From an uncultured Candidatus Saccharibacteria bacterium (GTDB taxonomy: Bacteria > Patescibacteriota > Minisyncoccia > UBA6257 > UBA9933): DNA of 64,000 nucleotides. The translations under genes and the position numbers were made by a program. Below are positions 16,871 through 27,942 of this stretch, in pieces; positions within the stretch are counted from its first letter, which is position 1, and each line of letters starts with the position of its first letter. Location: contig CAZXNT010000003.1 in NCBI GenBank assembly GCA_964642155.1, positions 899-64,898 of the forward strand. The letters are read 5' to 3'. Under the pieces are notes generated by a model that was not told the origin of the DNA, searched no databases, and saw only the letters and a list, made by a program, of their open reading frames with translations.

Positions 16871-17461
16871 TTACTTATTGTTTTTCCCTTTAATAATCTC
16901 GTCAATAATGCCGTATTCTTTGGCTTCAAAAGCATTAAGATAAAAATCGCGGTCAGTGTTTTTTTCAATTTTGGAAATCGGCTGACCGGTGTGCTTAGCC
17001 AAAATTTGATTGAGTTTGTCTTTGATTTTTAAAATCTGGCGGGCGGCGATTTCCACTTCCACCGCCTGGCCTTCAACTCCACCCAAAACTTGATGAAGTA
17101 AAATTTCGGAATTCGGCAAAGCAAATCGCTTGCCTTTTTTGCCGGCTGCTAAAAGCACGGCGCCCATTGAAGCCGCCATACCCACGCAAATTGTGGAAAC
17201 ATCCGGCTTAATATGCTGCATTGTGTCATAAATCGCCATACCAGCGGTAACCACACCCCCCGGAGAATTGACATAAAGTTTAATGTCTTTTTTCGGGTCC
17301 TCGTGTTCCAAAAATAAAAACTGGGCGATTATGCTGTTCGCCACTTGGTCGTTTATCGGCCCGCCGAGAAAAATAATTCTGTCCTTCAAAAGTCGCGAAT
17401 AAATATCATACGCGCGTTCTCCATATTGCGATTTTTCAACCACCATTGGAACTAAGTTCAT
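16871..17461 (-). CDS. clpP: ATP-dependent Clp protease proteolytic subunit
   Basis: Catalytic-triad context GMAASMGA, 196 aa. Confidence 0.9.
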   Translation of the reverse strand: MNLVPMVVEKSQYGERAYDIYSRLLKDRIIFLGGPINDQVANSIIAQFLFLEHEDPKKDIKLYVNSPGGVVTAGMAIYDTMQHIKPDVSTICVGMAASMGAVLLAAGKKGKRFALPNSEILLHQVLGGVEGQAVEVEIAARQILKIKDKLNQILAKHTGQPISKIEKNTDRDFYLNAFEAKEYGIIDEIIKGKNNK

Positions 17462-19434
17462 TTTAAAAATCTAACAATTAACAACGCCACAATATTCATT
17501 ACTTTAATTAGTGGGTTGATTGCCGGGCCAACAGTGTCTTTATACGGGTCACCGACCGTGTCGCCAGTAACAGCCGCCTTATGCGCTTCCGAACCCTTAC
17601 CGCCGTGATTGCCGGATTCAATATGTTTTTTGGCGTTATCCCACGCAGCTCCTCCGGAAGTCATTTTAATCGCCATAAATAATCCGGAAATAATTGAACC
17701 GATTAAAAGTCCTCCTAAAGCTTTGGCGCCCAATAAAAATCCGACTGCCAAAACCGCCACAATCGGAACCAGTGACGGGATAATCATTTGCCGCAAAGCG
17801 GCTTTTGTCACGATATCAACCGCGCGGTCATATTCCGGCTTTGCCGTTCCCTCCATAATGCCCTTAATTTCGCGGAATTGCCGCCTGACTTCGTCAACCA
17901 CCGAACCCGCGGTTTCTCCCACCGCGCGCATTGCCATTGAACCAAAAAGATAAGGTATTGCCGCGCCCAACAGCAATCCGGCTATAACATAAGGGTCCTG
18001 CAAATCAAATCTCACGTCTTTAATCACGGTTGCCAATTCTTCAGCATAGCTGGCAAATAAAACTAAGGCGGCCAAACCGGCTGAGGCAATCGCGTATCCC
18101 TTAGTTACCGCTTTTGTAGTATTGCCGACCGCGTCAAGGCTGTCGGTAATGTTTCTGATTTCTTTCGGCTGATTAGTCATTTCCGCAATACCGCCGGCAT
18201 TATCGGTAATCGGTCCGAAGGAATCAATCGCCACGATTATTCCGGCAGTGGAAAGCATGCTCAAAGCCGCTACGGCAATGCCATAAAGTCCGGCAAACCA
18301 AAAACTTATCAAAATTCCTCCGGTGATAACGACAATAGGCAAAAAAGTGGCTTCCATTCCAACTGCCAAACCCATAATAATATTAGTGGCATGACCAGAA
18401 GTTGACGCTTCGGCAATGGAACGAACCGGCCGAAAATGTTTTGCCGTATAATAATCAGTGATAAAAACCATTAACAAAGTAACAGCCAGCCCGATTAAAG
18501 CGCAAAAATAAATTCCCAAATAATTCTGGCCAAAATAAAATTTTGTCAAAGGATAAAAAAGAACGGCTGAAATCGCAACTGTGCCGATAAGTCCCTTATA
18601 AAGCGCAGCCATAATTTTTTCCGACCTGTCTTTGAAACTTAATTTCACAAAAAAACTTCCAATTATTGAAGCTAAAATCGCCACTGAAGCCAGTGCCAAC
18701 GCGAAAGCAATGGCGCTGGGACCGACAATCAACGCTCCCAAAAGCAAAGCCGCCGTCAAAGTTACGACATAAGTTTCAAAAAGGTCAGCCGCCATGCCGG
18801 CGCAATCGCCGACATTATCGCCGACATTATCGGCAATCACCGCCGGATTGCGCGGGTCATCTTCCGGAATGCCGGCTTCAAGTTTACCGACTAAATCCGC
18901 GCCCACATCTGCCGCTTTGGTAAAAATTCCACCACCCAATCGCGCAAAAACCGAAATCAAACTCGCGCCAAAACTTAAACTTATTAAAAGGCGCAAATCA
19001 TTGGTTAAAAAATAAAATCCGGCAACACTCAACAACGCCAGCGCCACCACGAGAAAGCCCGTAACCGAACCAGCTTTAAAAGCCAAAGAAAACGCCGATG
19101 ATAAACTTTTTTTTGCGGCTTCAGTTGTTTTAACATTGGAACGAACGGCGATATTCATTCCGATATAACCGGCTAAAGAAGAAGCAACTGCGCCGATTAA
19201 AAATCCGGCGACCGAAAGCCAACCAAACGCAAAGTAAAGAATTATTGATAAAACAACGGCAACCAACGCGACGCTGCGCGATTGGCGATTAAGATAAGCT
19301 TTGGCGCCGGAAGCAATCGCATTGGAAATTTCTTTCATTTCCGCGCTACCGCTTGGCTGTTTCCGCAACCACAAAATAATATAAACGCTGTATAAAATGG
19401 CAATTAAAGCCGGAATAAAAATTATTGTCTTCAT
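17458..19434 (-). CDS. hppA: membrane-bound H+/Na+-translocating pyrophosphatase
   Basis: [37 protein letters not shown] motifs. Multi-TM, 658 aa. Confidence 0.9.
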   Translation of the reverse strand: MKTIIFIPALIAILYSVYIILWLRKQPSGSAEMKEISNAIASGAKAYLNRQSRSVALVAVVLSIILYFAFGWLSVAGFLIGAVASSLAGYIGMNIAVRSNVKTTEAAKKSLSSAFSLAFKAGSVTGFLVVALALLSVAGFYFLTNDLRLLISLSFGASLISVFARLGGGIFTKAADVGADLVGKLEAGIPEDDPRNPAVIADNVGDNVGDCAGMAADLFETYVVTLTAALLLGALIVGPSAIAFALALASVAILASIIGSFFVKLSFKDRSEKIMAALYKGLIGTVAISAVLFYPLTKFYFGQNYLGIYFCALIGLAVTLLMVFITDYYTAKHFRPVRSIAEASTSGHATNIIMGLAVGMEATFLPIVVITGGILISFWFAGLYGIAVAALSMLSTAGIIVAIDSFGPITDNAGGIAEMTNQPKEIRNITDSLDAVGNTTKAVTKGYAIASAGLAALVLFASYAEELATVIKDVRFDLQDPYVIAGLLLGAAIPYLFGSMAMRAVGETAGSVVDEVRRQFREIKGIMEGTAKPEYDRAVDIVTKAALRQMIIPSLVPIVAVLAVGFLLGAKALGGLLIGSIISGLFMAIKMTSGGAAWDNAKKHIESGNHGGKGSEAHKAAVTGDTVGDPYKDTVGPAINPLIKVMNIVALLIVRFLK

Positions 19435-19446
19435 AATTTTATTTTA

Positions 19447-20637
19447 CTATTCTTCTTTTTCTTTTTCAATATTTTCAGCCTTTGCGCTCTCTGCTTCGGA
19501 AACGCTTTCCGCAATTCCTTCCGCTAAAACTTCATCGGGTCTTGATAATGAACGAACGTCTATTTTCCAACCGGTCAATTTTGCCGCTAAACGCACATTT
19601 TGTCCGCCTTTGCCGATTGCCAAACTTAACTGGTCTTCGGGAACAAAAACTTTCGCTTCGCGACGCGGCAGAACATCCACTCCCTTAACTTTCGCCGGAG
19701 ACAAGGAAGCGCCCACGAATTTTGCCGGGTCTTCCGACCATTCAATAATATCTATTTTTTCATTGCCAAGCTCATTTGTTACGGATATCACGCGCATCCC
19801 CCGCTGGCCGACGCAAGCGCCAACCGGGTCAACTCCCTCAACACTGGAAGCAACGGCGACTTTTGTTCGGTTGCCGGCTTCCCTCGCGATTGATTTAATT
19901 TCCACCGTTTTATCATGAATTTCCGGCACTTCCAATTCAAATAATTTACTTATAAATTTTGGGTGAGAACGCGAAAGTATCAAACCGGGCATTCTTTCTT
20001 CTTCCTGAACCGCCAAAAGATAAAATTTCATTCTTTCGTTAATTCTATAATATTCTCCCGGGATAGTTTCATTAAAAAACATTACGCCCGTGGCGCGACC
20101 AAGGTCAACAAAAACATTGCCACGCTCAATCCGCTGAATTATGCCACTGATAATTTCGCCCTCCTTGCCCTGATATTCTTTGATGACAGATTCCTTTTCC
20201 GCTTCCCTGATTTTTTGCAAAATAACCTGCTTGGCCGCTTGAGCCGCTATCCGGCCGAAATCTTCGCGCTCTTCAAGCGAAAACTCCAAATCTTCTCCAA
20301 TTTGTGCGTTTGATTTTATATTTTTCGCTTCTTCCAATAAAATATGACGTTCCGGATTGTATAACGGCAGAACCTCTTCTCCTTCTTCCTTTTTTTCTTT
20401 TCTTTTTTCTTCGTCAAAAATCACCGTACTTTCGTCAACTACGTTTCTTATTTTCCAAAATTTAACTTCGCCTGTTTTAGAATCAAGCTTAGCTTTGATA
20501 ATTTCGCCTCTTTTGGCGTATTCTTTTTTATAAGCCGCGGCGATTGACGATTCCACCACTTCCAGAATTTTTCTCTTATCAATTCCTTTCTCGTCGGCAA
20601 TCTGTTCAATCGCGCGGTTAAGATTTTTTAAATCCAT
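19447..20637 (-). CDS. nusA: transcription termination/antitermination factor NusA
   Basis: N-terminal domain, S1 and two KH domains, 396 aa. Confidence 0.9.
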   Translation of the reverse strand: MDLKNLNRAIEQIADEKGIDKRKILEVVESSIAAAYKKEYAKRGEIIKAKLDSKTGEVKFWKIRNVVDESTVIFDEEKRKEKKEEGEEVLPLYNPERHILLEEAKNIKSNAQIGEDLEFSLEEREDFGRIAAQAAKQVILQKIREAEKESVIKEYQGKEGEIISGIIQRIERGNVFVDLGRATGVMFFNETIPGEYYRINERMKFYLLAVQEEERMPGLILSRSHPKFISKLFELEVPEIHDKTVEIKSIAREAGNRTKVAVASSVEGVDPVGACVGQRGMRVISVTNELGNEKIDIIEWSEDPAKFVGASLSPAKVKGVDVLPRREAKVFVPEDQLSLAIGKGGQNVRLAAKLTGWKIDVRSLSRPDEVLAEGIAESVSEAESAKAENIEKEKEE

Positions 20638-21129
20638 CCCTCACCCTTCAAAGATTTTATTTTCCATTTAAAAAATGAAAAATATTAATTCTTTGAATTT
20701 TTATTTTTATTTGAATTTTTATCCACTTACTCTTCAATAATATTTTTTTAAAATATCTTTGAAGGGTGAGGGATAATTTATGTTAATAAATCCGCTCATT
20801 GGCGGACTTTAATAATTAAATTATATGATAATTAAAGAACGAAAGTCAATAACTCGCTCCTTAGAAAATAAAAAATATTTTTGAACAAAATTTCGTTTAA
20901 CGTATCGGGATAAAAGAAGTTTTGCGGAGTGAAACGAAATAAAATTTGGGAAAAATGCGAGCTGAGCATTTTTCCGCATACTCGGTGTTAGGCGTCCCGA
21001 AGTTCCGCCTTCCTTAATGTAATTTTAATTAAAAAAGGCGGAACGAGAGCGCAGCGTGGCTTGAATAATAAAAAGCCTTTTAATTTATATTCCTTATGAA
21101 AAAATTTCGGCAATTTATTTAGAATTACA

Positions 21130-21690
21130 TTATTCTTCTCTGATTTTTTTCAGTTTCTCTTGCATTTTTTTAGGATCTTTTTTGTATTCTTCCATTCTAT
21201 ATAACCTTATTTTATTATGATCCTCCTTGGCTTCTGAGAAAATGTTTTCTACGCCAAACTCTTTGAAAATCTGTTGCATAATTTTTTCGCAACTTTCATC
21301 AACTGGCCTCCATGGCGTGCGATCAAGCACAGGATAGAATCCATAGGCAATTTTTTTAAAATCTTCTGGCGTTATTATTTCTTTGCTATTTCTGATTAAG
21401 TCAAATATGCCAGCAGATGATGGACAATTTTCAAGTCCAGAGTTTTTCATTTTTTCTATTCTTTTATCTAATTCACTTTCAAATAATTCCCTCTTTGTTC
21501 CTTTTCCTTCAAATAATTTCTGTCTTCTTTCTGCATCTTCATGCTTAGTTATGCCTGCCATTTTTTTAGCTTCCTTTAGCTCTTTGGGAGTTTTAATTTC
21601 CAAATTATCCTCTTCGTAGGCAGGATGATTTTTCCATTGGTTTTCTATACTCATAGTTTTTTGTGAGCCGGTCATAAAATAAATTGCCAA
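21130..21690 (-). CDS. hypothetical protein
   Basis: 186-aa charged ORF with no recognisable motif. The true start may be the internal Met (MSIENQW). Confidence 0.35.
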   Translation of the reverse strand: MAIYFMTGSQKTMSIENQWKNHPAYEEDNLEIKTPKELKEAKKMAGITKHEDAERRQKLFEGKGTKRELFESELDKRIEKMKNSGLENCPSSAGIFDLIRNSKEIITPEDFKKIAYGFYPVLDRTPWRPVDESCEKIMQQIFKEFGVENIFSEAKEDHNKIRLYRMEEYKKDPKKMQEKLKKIREE

Positions 21691-21852
21691 AATTTATAAA
21701 AAAATAAATTAAAAGGCTTTTTATTATTACGCCTAACTCGTTATTATACGACGTGTTTGATGTATAATATGCGCATTGTTGTATATTATACGAAATTATA
21801 ATATTATCGACCCATATTACATTTTATTAAATTATAACGAAATTTTATAAAT

Positions 21853-22581
21853 TTACAAGAGCTTGTTTTTTCTCTGCCATTCATCTATTTTTTTATGATT
21901 TCCGGACAAAAGGATTTTTGGAACTTTATATTTTTTTCCGCCAGCTGGCGGATAAACAAATACTTCCGGCCTGGTGTAAACGGGCAAACCGACGCCATGC
22001 CGCTTTTCTTCCAAAGATTCCTGCTTGCCCAAAACGCCGGAAATCTGGCGCGAAACAGAATCAATTAAAATCATTGCTGGAAGTTCACCGCCGGTTAAAA
22101 CATATGGCCCGACAGATATTTCCTGAATCTTAAATCCTAAATCCAAAATAACTTTTTTAACTCGGGCGTCTATTCCTTCATAACGACCGCAAATTAAAAT
22201 AAGGTTGTCATATTTTTCAGATAATTGCTTCGCAATTTTATTGTCAAATTGTTTGCCTACCGGCGAAAATAAAATTACTTTAATTCTGTTAATTCTCAAA
22301 TTCTCAAGAATTTGAGAATTAACATCTATTTTTTTCTTAATTTTCAAAATCGAACTTATCGCTTTTATCAAAGGTTCAATTTTAAAAACCATTCCCGGTC
22401 CTCCGCCAAAAGGCCTGTCATCAACTTTGCGATGCTTATCTTTGGTAAAATCGCGCAAATTATGAATTTCAATTTGAATAAGTTTATTTTTTTGCGCCCG
22501 CTTCAAAATAGACTCGTTTAAATATGATCCGTCTTTGGCGGAAAAAATTTTCGGAAAAATTGTGATGATGTCAAATTTCAT
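21853..22581 (-). CDS. trmD: tRNA (guanine37-N1)-methyltransferase TrmD, carrying an in-frame 12-codon insertion encoded by a 36-bp palindrome
   Basis: SPOUT motifs DDRPFGGGPGMV and ICGRYEGID. The palindrome at 22288..22323 encodes VNSQILENLRIN, which is absent from the equivalent E. coli TrmD region. Confidence 0.9.
   Translation of the reverse strand: MKFDIITIFPKIFSAKDGSYLNESILKRAQKNKLIQIEIHNLRDFTKDKHRKVDDRPFGGGPGMVFKIEPLIKAISSILKIKKKIDVNSQILENLRINRIKVILFSPVGKQFDNKIAKQLSEKYDNLILICGRYEGIDARVKKVILDLGFKIQEISVGPYVLTGGELPAMILIDSVSRQISGVLGKQESLEEKRHGVGLPVYTRPEVFVYPPAGGKKYKVPKILLSGNHKKIDEWQRKNKLL
22288..22323. repeat. 36-bp palindromic element (17-2-17) inserted in frame in trmD
   Basis: GTTAATTCTCAAATTCT-CA-AGAATTTGAGAATTAAC. 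Related copies at 48844..48879, 49161..49196 and 50055..50090. Confidence 0.7.
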
Positions 22582-22949
22582 AAAATCATTTGTAAGAATT
22601 AATTGCGTTATTTACAATATTCTCGGACAAATTATTTTTCAGAAGCAGAATAATTTTGTTCCAGCGGCACCCCGCTAAGCGGGGCTTCGCCCTCGGGCTG
22701 GCATCCAGCCAATTTAATACTTCATTTTAATCTCAAATTCCTGTTATTTCAACGATAGTTGAAATAACAGGAATTGTCGAAATTGAAAAATTTGATTGAA
22801 AGATATTAAAAATTCTTTTATTCTATCTATAAACTGGCTGGAATCAAGCTGCCAACCCTGCGGGATGTTCCGAAAAACAATTTGTCCGAGATATAAAGAT
22901 AAAATCAGGCGTAAAATCTTTTTTATAGCCAACTTGTCTGGGTAGGGGG

Positions 22950-23050
22950 AAATAGCAAAAACAAAATTATTTCTGAAACCTTAACGGAAGCGCAGCCCAG
23001 CACATAACTTGTTATGTGCTGGGCGTGAGCGGGTTGAAGAAATAATTTTG
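22950..23050. repeat. copy 2 of the repeated structured element
   Basis: Same conserved core CTGAAACCTTAACGGAAGCGCAGCC ... GCGTGAGCGGGTTGAA, with a different inner hairpin and an outer stem that covaries with copy 1. Confidence 0.4.
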
Positions 23051-23125
23051 TATTTGCTGTTCATGCGGCGAAAAAAGATTTTACGCTTGATGTAAATAAC
23101 GCTCGAGATTCTTACATATATAGTA

Positions 23126-23158
23126 AACCAAAAATCCCGCCATTGAAAGCGGGATTTT
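23126..23158 (-). terminator. rho-independent terminator after the KH-domain gene
   Basis: On the minus strand aaatcccgc-tttcaatg-gcgggattt followed by ttgg ttt. Confidence 0.5.
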
Positions 23159-23171
23159 CATTTTACTAAAT

Positions 23172-23471
23172 TTATATACCATCCGTAGGTCTGTTAAATG
23201 ACGGCCTTGGTCCTCTTGTTGAACCCTCCGGCTCAATAATCTTCAAATTGACGCGGGCATTGTTTTTGATGCCAACGATTTTGAGAAGTGAGCGGATGGA
23301 TTGCGCAGTGGCTCCTCCTTTGCCAATAATTTGCGCCATATCCGTGGCATTAACTTTGAGAGTTAAAAGCACCCCCATTTCATCAACCTTGCGTTCAACT
23401 TTTACTTCATCCGGATGGTCAACGATTGATTGTATAAGAAATTCAAGGAATTTCTGGTCTTTTGCTTCCAT
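23172..23471 (-). CDS. KH-domain RNA-binding protein (UPF0109/YlqC family)
   Basis: GKGGATAQSIRSLLK KH signature. Sits between rpsP and trmD as in the conserved rpsP-KH-rimM-trmD operon. Confidence 0.75.
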   Translation of the reverse strand: MEAKDQKFLEFLIQSIVDHPDEVKVERKVDEMGVLLTLKVNATDMAQIIGKGGATAQSIRSLLKIVGIKNNARVNLKIIEPEGSTRGPRPSFNRPTDGI

Positions 23472-23543
23472 GCTATTAAAATTCTTTCTTTATTTCTTTT
23501 TTTCTTTTTTTCGACCTTTCTTTAACATCCTGCAATTTTAAAT

Positions 23544-23828
23544 CTATTTGGCTTCTTCCGTCTTTTTCTTTTTATGGACAGCTATTTTTTTACTCTCAAT
23601 CACGCCCGCTTTTACCAATAAATTATGAATACTGGCTGTTGGCTGAGCGCCGGTTTTCAACCTATACGCTATTCTTTCTTTTTTAATTTCAAATTTTTTT
23701 GAAATGGGATCGTACCAGCCCAAATCCTCAACGCAATCCCCGCCCATTTTTGAGCGTTTTTCAGCCACAATAATCCGATAACTCGGCTGATGCTTTTTCC
23801 CTATTCTTTTTAATTTAATGGCTAACAT
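23544..23828 (-). CDS. rpsP: 30S ribosomal protein S16
   Basis: MLAIKLKRIGKKHQPSYRIIVAEKRSK N-terminus. Confidence 0.9.
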   Translation of the reverse strand: MLAIKLKRIGKKHQPSYRIIVAEKRSKMGGDCVEDLGWYDPISKKFEIKKERIAYRLKTGAQPTASIHNLLVKAGVIESKKIAVHKKKKTEEAK

Positions 23829-23854
23829 AGAATATAGCTTTTAGCTTATAGTTT

Positions 23855-26062
23855 TTAACTTTTAGTGTCAAGCTTCAACGATAATAACTTTGACGTGCCG
23901 TCGTCGTTCATTGTGACGCCGTATAAAACATCGGCCACTTCCATTACCGCCCGATTGTGGGTAACGATGATAAATTGCGTGTCTCCGGAAAAATCTTTAA
24001 CAAGATTGGCGAACATTTGGGAATTTTTTTCGTCTAAAGGCGCGTCAATTTCGTCCAAAACCAAAAACGGCGGCGGACTAACGGAAATTAAAGCGAAAAG
24101 CGCGGCGATGGAAACCAAACTTTTTTCTCCTCCGGAAAGCATCTCCACTCCGGTAATTTTTTTTCCGGGCAAATTCAAATCAATTTCAACGCCAATTTTT
24201 TCTTCCTGTTCTTGTTCATCATTTTGATTTTCACTATTGTTTTCGTCTTCGCCGTTTTTGATTTTTGAGATTTGATTTTTGATTTTAAGCTTAGCGTGTC
24301 CTCCTTTGAACATCAATCTGAAAAAATGGTCGAATTTTTCGTTTATCGCGCGAAAAGCGTTTAAAAATTCTTTATGAATCCGCTCTTTCAAGTCCTTGAT
24401 TAAAATTTTCAAATCATCTGTCGCTTTTTCCAAATCATTAATCTGACCGGATAAAAAATTATAATGTTTTTCCGTTTCTTCGGCTTCTTTTATCAAGGAT
24501 TGGTCTATTTCGCCGATACTCGCCAATTCTCCGCGCAAACGAAGCATTTTTCGCTCCGCCTCATAAATATTCACCTCTTCGGGGTCAATATTAAAGCCTT
24601 GCGGAGGCAATAATCTAAATTCGTTTATTGACCGGCCGATTTGCTCCAACTGCGCCTCTAAATCACTTAATTTCATATCAAGTTTTTCTCGCTCAAAAAT
24701 CATCTGCTGTTTCTTATTTTCCAGCAATCTTATTTCATCGCGTTTGGCATCCATCGCTTCAAACGCTTTTTGAAATTGCTTATTAAAATCCTGCAAGCCA
24801 GCGGTAATTTCCGCTTCCATTTTTTCAACTTGTTTTAAATCGGTTTCAATCAAAACGATTTCTTTAAGCAAATCGTTTTTTATTTTAATAATGTCTTCCA
24901 ATTCTTTGGATTTTGAAAAATCAGCCGGTTTATTGTTTTTGGAATCGGAGAAAAAAACGCCTATCTTTTCCACAACGCTTTTAATGACGGCCGCGACTTC
25001 TTTCATATTTTCAAAAACAATATCATCAAGAGATTTTTTTATTTCCTTGACCAGTCGCGCTAATTCATCTCCGTTAAAAGACAATTCTTCCTTTTTTTCT
25101 TTTTCGCCGTGAAAAGAAATATCGCCGAGAATTTCCGCTTTTGCCTCCAAACGGCTTAATTCTTTTTGGATTTTAAGATGTTTACTTGATAATTCATTTT
25201 TACGGGTTTTAACGGAATCAAAATTGCCGCCTTCGGATTTTTCTTCCAATTTTCTAACATTGCTTTCCAAAATTTTTAATTCCGCGATTTTCTCCGCAAT
25301 AATTTTGGCCGTTTCTTCCAATTCCGGCTCTAATTTTTGTTTATCTTTTTCTATTCCGCTTAATTTTAAAGAAAAATATCCGTCTTCAAGATTTTTCAAT
25401 TCGGTTTCCAATTGCGCTCTTTTTTCCCATTTGACAGTCTGGCGTTTCAACATTCTTAAGCGCGGCAAAACTTCTTCAACCATCGCTTTCACTCTTTCAA
25501 GATTGATATTGGTATTATTCAGTTTTCTTTCCGCTTCTGATTTTTTGATCTGAAATTCGCGAAGACCAAGAACTTCTTCAATCATTATTCTTCTTTCTTC
25601 GGGACTCACGCGGACAAACAAATCGCTGGAACCCTGATTAATTATCGCAAGTCCTTTTGTGCCAAGCCGCGCCCGAGCGAAAAAATCAACAATATCTTTT
25701 AACCTCACTTCCGATTTATTGAGAAAATATTGGGAAGCGCCGTCGCGCGCCACGCGCCGGACAATGGAAATTTCAGGAAATTCTTCATCAACCAATTTGG
25801 AATTATTTTCAAAATTAAGAGAAACTTGCGCCATTCCCGCCCGGCTTTTTTTCGACGTACCGGCAAAAATCAAATTTTCAATTTTATCGCCCCTTAAATT
25901 TTTAGCTTCCCGTTCTCCAAAAATCCAGCGAATAGCGTCAATAATATTGCTTTTGCCGCTTCCGTTCGGACCGACAATCGCGGTAATCCCTTTTGGAAAT
26001 TCCAAAACCGCCTTTGAAGCGAATGATTTAAATCCGTTAAGTTCCAATGATTTAAGAAACAT
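23855..26062 (-). CDS. smc: SMC-family ATPase (short, apparently hinge-less)
   Basis: N-terminal FKSF...GPNGSGKSNIIDAIRW, C-terminal LSGGEKSLVSIAALFAL...LDEIDAPLD. Lies in an rnc-smc operon context. At 735 aa it is shorter than canonical SMC. Confidence 0.7.
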   Translation of the reverse strand: MFLKSLELNGFKSFASKAVLEFPKGITAIVGPNGSGKSNIIDAIRWIFGEREAKNLRGDKIENLIFAGTSKKSRAGMAQVSLNFENNSKLVDEEFPEISIVRRVARDGASQYFLNKSEVRLKDIVDFFARARLGTKGLAIINQGSSDLFVRVSPEERRIMIEEVLGLREFQIKKSEAERKLNNTNINLERVKAMVEEVLPRLRMLKRQTVKWEKRAQLETELKNLEDGYFSLKLSGIEKDKQKLEPELEETAKIIAEKIAELKILESNVRKLEEKSEGGNFDSVKTRKNELSSKHLKIQKELSRLEAKAEILGDISFHGEKEKKEELSFNGDELARLVKEIKKSLDDIVFENMKEVAAVIKSVVEKIGVFFSDSKNNKPADFSKSKELEDIIKIKNDLLKEIVLIETDLKQVEKMEAEITAGLQDFNKQFQKAFEAMDAKRDEIRLLENKKQQMIFEREKLDMKLSDLEAQLEQIGRSINEFRLLPPQGFNIDPEEVNIYEAERKMLRLRGELASIGEIDQSLIKEAEETEKHYNFLSGQINDLEKATDDLKILIKDLKERIHKEFLNAFRAINEKFDHFFRLMFKGGHAKLKIKNQISKIKNGEDENNSENQNDEQEQEEKIGVEIDLNLPGKKITGVEMLSGGEKSLVSIAALFALISVSPPPFLVLDEIDAPLDEKNSQMFANLVKDFSGDTQFIIVTHNRAVMEVADVLYGVTMNDDGTSKLLSLKLDTKS

Positions 26063-26735
26063 ATTTCAGGGCATTCTTCGCTGCTTCCACTTCCGCTTCC
26101 TGTTTTGAAGAGCCTTTGCCTTCGGCAATTAATTTATCGCCGCAATAAACGCCCACCGTAAAAATCTTGGCATGGTCCGGCCCCTTTTCGGATAAAACTT
26201 CGTAAACGGGCGTGGTTTTTGATTTCTCCTGAATTATTTCCTGAAACAAACTTTTCGGGTCCTCGTAAAGCTTGTTTTTCATCACTTCATCAAGATGATT
26301 GATAACCGTTTTTTCAATAAAATTTTTCGCTATCGCGTATCCGGCGTCAAGATAAATCGCGCCCAAAAGCGCTTCAAAAACATTCGCCAAAATAACTTCT
26401 CGCGCCTTGCCCGTGTCTTTCGCTTCTCCGCGCGAAAGCAAAATGAAATTATCCAATTCCGTTTCTTTGGCGACAATCGCAAGCATCTGGTAATTAACCA
26501 AAGCCGCCCGAATACTCGTAAGGTCGCCTTCCGGCAAATCAGGAAATCTGTTAAAAAGTCCTTCGGTCGTTGCCAATTCCAAAACCGCGTCCCCTAAAAA
26601 TTCCAAACGCTCATTATGCGGCACCCCCCATTTGGGATTTTCATTCAAATAAGAACGATGAGTTAAAGCTTCTTTAAGAAAATCCTTATTTTTGAAAACA
26701 ACGCCGATTTTATTTTCTAATTTTGTAAAATCCAC
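26052..26735 (-). CDS. rnc: ribonuclease III
   Basis: ERLEFLGDAVLEL signature plus a dsRBD. Confidence 0.9.
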   Translation of the reverse strand: MDFTKLENKIGVVFKNKDFLKEALTHRSYLNENPKWGVPHNERLEFLGDAVLELATTEGLFNRFPDLPEGDLTSIRAALVNYQMLAIVAKETELDNFILLSRGEAKDTGKAREVILANVFEALLGAIYLDAGYAIAKNFIEKTVINHLDEVMKNKLYEDPKSLFQEIIQEKSKTTPVYEVLSEKGPDHAKIFTVGVYCGDKLIAEGKGSSKQEAEVEAAKNALKYVS

Positions 26736-26811
26736 CCGAGTTAGTAATTAGGAAATAATAATCAATAACTAGGGTTTAAAAAATCATTCCCTGGTTACTA
26801 GTTACTAATTT

Positions 26812-27237
26812 CTAGTTGCTAGTTCCTATTTGTTTATACACCGTCCCCAACACTCCGTTTATGAATTTTGAAGAATTCGGGCCGCTGTAATTTTTTGCTA
26901 ATTCTATCGCTTCGTTAATCGCCACTTTCTCCGGCACTTCTTTTTTATCCGCGTATAAAAGTTCGTAAAGCCCGATACGCAAAACATTCCTGTCAACTAT
27001 GGAAATCTGGCTCAACGGCCATTCCGGAGCGGCTTTTTCAATAATTTTATCAAGAGCGTCCAAATGTTCAATAACTCCCTTAATAATTCGCCAAGCGAAA
27101 TCCGGCTCATCAACGCCACTGCCAAATTCATTAAGATTCCGTTCAACAATTTTATTTAAATCCTCTTTTTTATTGTAAAAATCCCACTCGTAAAGAGATT
27201 GAAGAACAATACTTCTTATCAAGTGCCGAGTGGCCAT
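26812..27237 (-). CDS. nusB: transcription antitermination factor NusB
   Basis: NusB fold pattern. Adjacent to rpmF. Confidence 0.8.
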   Translation of the reverse strand: MATRHLIRSIVLQSLYEWDFYNKKEDLNKIVERNLNEFGSGVDEPDFAWRIIKGVIEHLDALDKIIEKAAPEWPLSQISIVDRNVLRIGLYELLYADKKEVPEKVAINEAIELAKNYSGPNSSKFINGVLGTVYKQIGTSN

Positions 27238-27431
27238 TATTTTTTAACTCTAATTTTCGGGACTTTTACAACCTTGCCTTTATAGCTTCCACAACTTGCG
27301 CAAATTTTATGCGGTCTGTTCGGCGCCTGACAATTCTGGCAAGCAAAAATCTGACTCGGTTTTAAAGCTAAGTGCGACCGCCTGCGGCCAACTTTAGATT
27401 TAGTATGATGTTTTACCGATACGCCACCCAT
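27237..27431 (-). CDS. rpmF: 50S ribosomal protein L32 (zinc-ribbon type)
   Basis: [14 protein letters not shown] plus CxxC...CxxC. Confidence 0.8.
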   Translation of the reverse strand: MGGVSVKHHTKSKVGRRRSHLALKPSQIFACQNCQAPNRPHKICASCGSYKGKVVKVPKIRVKK

Positions 27432-27470
27432 AGTTTAATCAGTTTAATTTTAAAATTTCAAAAAGTCAAC

Positions 27471-27893
27471 TTAAACGCCGGTGCTACCGAATCCGTTTTC
27501 TCCTCTTTGGCTTTCATTTAATTCAGAAACTATTTCAATTCGCGGCTGTTCAATTTTTTGGATAAGCATTTGGGCGATTTTAGAATTCTTTTTCACAATA
27601 AAATCTTCTTGCCCCAAATTTATTAAAACAACTTTTATTTCTCCGCGATAACCCGCGTCAATCACGCCAGCCATTGTTTTAACGCCATTTTTAACGGCCA
27701 AGCCGCTTTTATCCCAAACCAATCCGACATATCCTTCGGGGATTTACATTTTAACGCCGGTTCTTATTGCTTTTCTTTCCATTGGCTTCAAAACAATGTC
27801 TTCAACCGAATAAAAATCAAGCCCCGCGTCGCCCTTCGTCGCGTAATTAGGAACCGTTGCGTCTGAATCAATTTTTAAAATTTTAATTTTCAT
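27471..27893 (-). pseudogene. dut: dUTP diphosphatase interrupted by a single in-frame TAA (at 27744..27746)
   Basis: N-terminal 49 codons (MKIKILKIDSDATVPNYATKGDAGLDF...TGVKM), then TAA, then IPEGYVGLVWDKSGLAVKNG...GVIDAGYRGEI in the same frame. Confidence 0.6.
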
Positions 27894-27942
27894 AAAAATA
27901 TTTTATAGAAAAAATAAGGGACTAACAACTATTAATTTCCAT

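Noticed and set aside
20880-21060. SRP RNA, tmRNA or 6S RNA in the nusA upstream gap
   Set aside because: No GGAAGCAGCC-type SRP motif and no tRNA-like 3' end. Only generic hairpins were seen.
22744-22932. 62-aa ORF in the trmD upstream gap
   Set aside because: It lies in a hairpin-rich non-coding region with no SD or motifs.
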